Of a stretch of 64,000 nucleotides of DNA, positions 62,325 to 64,000 are shown piece by piece. Each line of letters starts with the position of its first letter. Position 1 is the first letter of the stretch. The stretch comes from Bacillota bacterium (lineage in GTDB: Bacteria > Bacillota > Clostridia > Caldicoprobacterales > Caldicoprobacteraceae). The notes under the pieces were generated by a model. That model did no database searches. It was not told the origin of the DNA and was given only the letters and a program-made list of their open reading frames with translations. The position numbers and the translations under genes were made by a program. The stretch covers positions 1,887-65,886 of the forward strand of contig JAMNZI010000063.1 in NCBI GenBank assembly GCA_023622385.1. The letters run 5' to 3'.

Positions 62325-63851
62325 CTACTCCTCGCTCAGCCAATTGCGCAACAGCTGTGCCACAGCTTCAGGCCGCTCAGTCGCCAGCCGTTCTAGCTGT
62401 TTTTTGATCTCGTCGTGTTCACTGGTAGACTCCAGTTCAAGTGTAGCCGGTTGCTGGGTTTCCTGAGTCAATATCTCCTGGGCAGTGGTAGTTTCTAACT
62501 GGATACGACGCGAGCGCATCCGCATTGCTATTATAACGACCACAACAAGGGCTAACCCCACTGCCAGAGGCACCGCCCAATATAGCCACTCTATCCCTTT
62601 GTCTTGGCGCCCTTCAAAGCCTTCAAGCAGCTGATCTCGTAACGATGTGTCAAATTTCATATTTTGTACTACTACCCTTGAAACGTCCGTTCCAACAGCA
62701 GCTGCCACCAGTTCTTTAACCTGCCCAAGGATTTGTGGGCCTAGGGATTCATTGTCTATGATAACTGAGATGGATAGGTCCTCCACCTTTCCCTGCTGCT
62801 GTTCCAGGGTTTCCTTTATTTCATTCACCTCATAATTGATTATCTCATGCGACTTGTCGTATGAACCGTTTTCAGCGCTTTCAAGTTCGGGATACTGAGT
62901 GGTATTTGAGGTCTCCCCCACCACTCCTTCAGGTATTGCATTTCTCACCTTTTCCCTTAAAACCTCGCGGCTGGCGATTATCCCATCCTCGTCAACCACC
63001 GGTTCAAACCTCACCGATTCGGTGGTCTTCTTGTCGAAATTCAGCTTGACGTTTACTGTAGCGACCACCTTCTTATATCCAAACACCGGCTCCAACAAGC
63101 TGATAACCTGATCCCGTATGCGGTCTTCCAGCCGGTGCTCCAGGTCAAACTGGGAACCGACCATTTCTTCATCTTTGGCCTGATTGCCCGTCAAAACATT
63201 CATATTTGTGTCTATAACGGTGATGTTCTCCTCTTTTAAACCAGGTACACTCTTGGCCACCAAGCGCACTATGTTGTTAGCCTGAGAAGAAGCGATGTTA
63301 TATCCGGGCTTGGTCTTAATGATTACCGAAGCCGTTACGGGCATCTGCTGGCTCTTGAGCACAAAAGCATCATCCTCTGGCATTGCAATGGTCACAACAG
63401 CATCCTCTACTCCATCCAAAAACTTGATGGCTTGGCTTAAACGCTCCTGCAGCTGCATGATGAGCAATGCCCTTTTTTCCGCATCTGTCTGACCAAAATT
63501 GCTGTTTTGAAAAAATATGTCATAATTGAATCCTGTTCTGGGATATCCCTCGCTAGTGAGCTGCATCCTAACTTCTACTTCTTTGTCCTTAGGAACCAAT
63601 ATGGTGGATGTCCCCTCGACCTTTGGCTCAACGTTGAGCTCTTTTAATTTGGAGTATATTTCGGCCGTCTCCTGGCTGTCCAAACCGCTGTAAAGTACCA
63701 CGTACTCCTGCTGGGATAAAAGTAAAGCAGCAAGCACCATGATCACCAGGAAGGCAATTGCTCCAATGATAAATACCCTTTTTTGTGTGCTGCTCAACTT
63801 CTCCCAATACTGGTTTAATTGTTGCTTTATGGTGTCCAGTGCCAACGCCAT
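62325..63851 (-). CDS. fliF: Flagellar MS-ring protein FliF
   Basis: Two TMs, YVVLYSGL, FGQTDAE, DAVVTIAMP, ASVII, LSISVII, PEAVAQLLRNWL. Confidence 0.97.
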   Translation of the reverse strand: MALALDTIKQQLNQYWEKLSSTQKRVFIIGAIAFLVIMVLAALLLSQQEYVVLYSGLDSQETAEIYSKLKELNVEPKVEGTSTILVPKDKEVEVRMQLTSEGYPRTGFNYDIFFQNSNFGQTDAEKRALLIMQLQERLSQAIKFLDGVEDAVVTIAMPEDDAFVLKSQQMPVTASVIIKTKPGYNIASSQANNIVRLVAKSVPGLKEENITVIDTNMNVLTGNQAKDEEMVGSQFDLEHRLEDRIRDQVISLLEPVFGYKKVVATVNVKLNFDKKTTESVRFEPVVDEDGIIASREVLREKVRNAIPEGVVGETSNTTQYPELESAENGSYDKSHEIINYEVNEIKETLEQQQGKVEDLSISVIIDNESLGPQILGQVKELVAAAVGTDVSRVVVQNMKFDTSLRDQLLEGFEGRQDKGIEWLYWAVPLAVGLALVVVVIIAMRMRSRRIQLETTTAQEILTQETQQPATLELESTSEHDEIKKQLERLATERPEAVAQLLRNWLSEE

Positions 63852-63942
63852 TTGATCCCCGCTTTCCTACCGCCTATTATAATTTCAGCAGGCAACATAT
63901 GCCTGTTCCCTGCTGATCAGCCCCTTTTGAGAGTCATCATCG

Positions 63943-63949
63943 TTCGACA
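63943..63949 (-). promoter_or_regulatory. Possible Spo0A box upstream of fliF
   Basis: Exact TGTCGAA on the minus strand about 90 nt upstream of the fliF start. Confidence 0.35.
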
Positions 63950-64000
63950 ACATTTATCTTCATCTTACATAAAATTGGTAGACAAATAAATCGGTCTTTC

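Noticed and set aside
63941-63967. Sigma28-like promoter TAAG-15-GTCGAACG upstream of fliF
   Set aside because: Several mismatches; early flagellar genes are usually sigmaA-driven; it overlaps the 0A-box match. Not supportable without TSS data.
63985-64000. GAAAGACCGA at the window edge as a possible c-di-GMP-I riboswitch loop
   Set aside because: The required GGGACGCAAAGC core does not follow; it is more likely the 3' half of an upstream terminator. Cut by the window edge.

Overview
A 64-kb stretch of core chromosome from a flagellated, probably spore-forming Clostridia-class Firmicute. A Caldicoprobacter-like thermophile is my impression and is unverified. All ~66 real genes lie on the minus strand, and the long plus-strand ORFs in the track are antisense shadows. 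In transcription order (right to left): a large fla/che operon (fliF-G-H-I-J, MotE/YlxF-like, fliK, flgD, TIGR02530-type gene, flgE, flbD, motAB, fliL-M-Y, cheY, fliO-P-Q-R, flhB-A-F-G, PilZ brake, cheA-W-C-D, fliA, Jag_N-FapA, hypothetical, SwrB-like); rpsB-tsf-pyrH-frr-PASTA-uppS-cdsA-dxr-rseP-ispG-GT2-polC; rimP-nusA-ylxR-ylxQ-infB-rbfA-nrnA-truB-ribF; rpsO; pnp; ylxY; M16 peptidase; miaB; mutS-mutL-miaA-hfq; and a YnbB-type PLP enzyme cut by the window edge. I see no mobile element, CRISPR array, rRNA or tRNA. The best candidate for an undescribed system is at the hook gene. The flgE leader (55769-55845) can fold into two mutually exclusive structures, one of which buries the flgE Shine-Dalgarno. 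It starts at the stop codon of an uncharacterised flagellar-operon gene whose product resembles a RelE/DUF4258 (BECR)-type RNA-interacting fold, and a strong hairpin closes flgE at its 3' end. Together these suggest a post-transcriptional hook-control module; this is a hypothesis. Other leads: a MotB with a Na+/K+-type selectivity signature, a stand-alone cytoplasmic PASTA protein wedged between frr and uppS, a GT2 overlapping ispG, a Jag_N-FapA fusion, and an atypical repeat-containing IF2 N-terminus.
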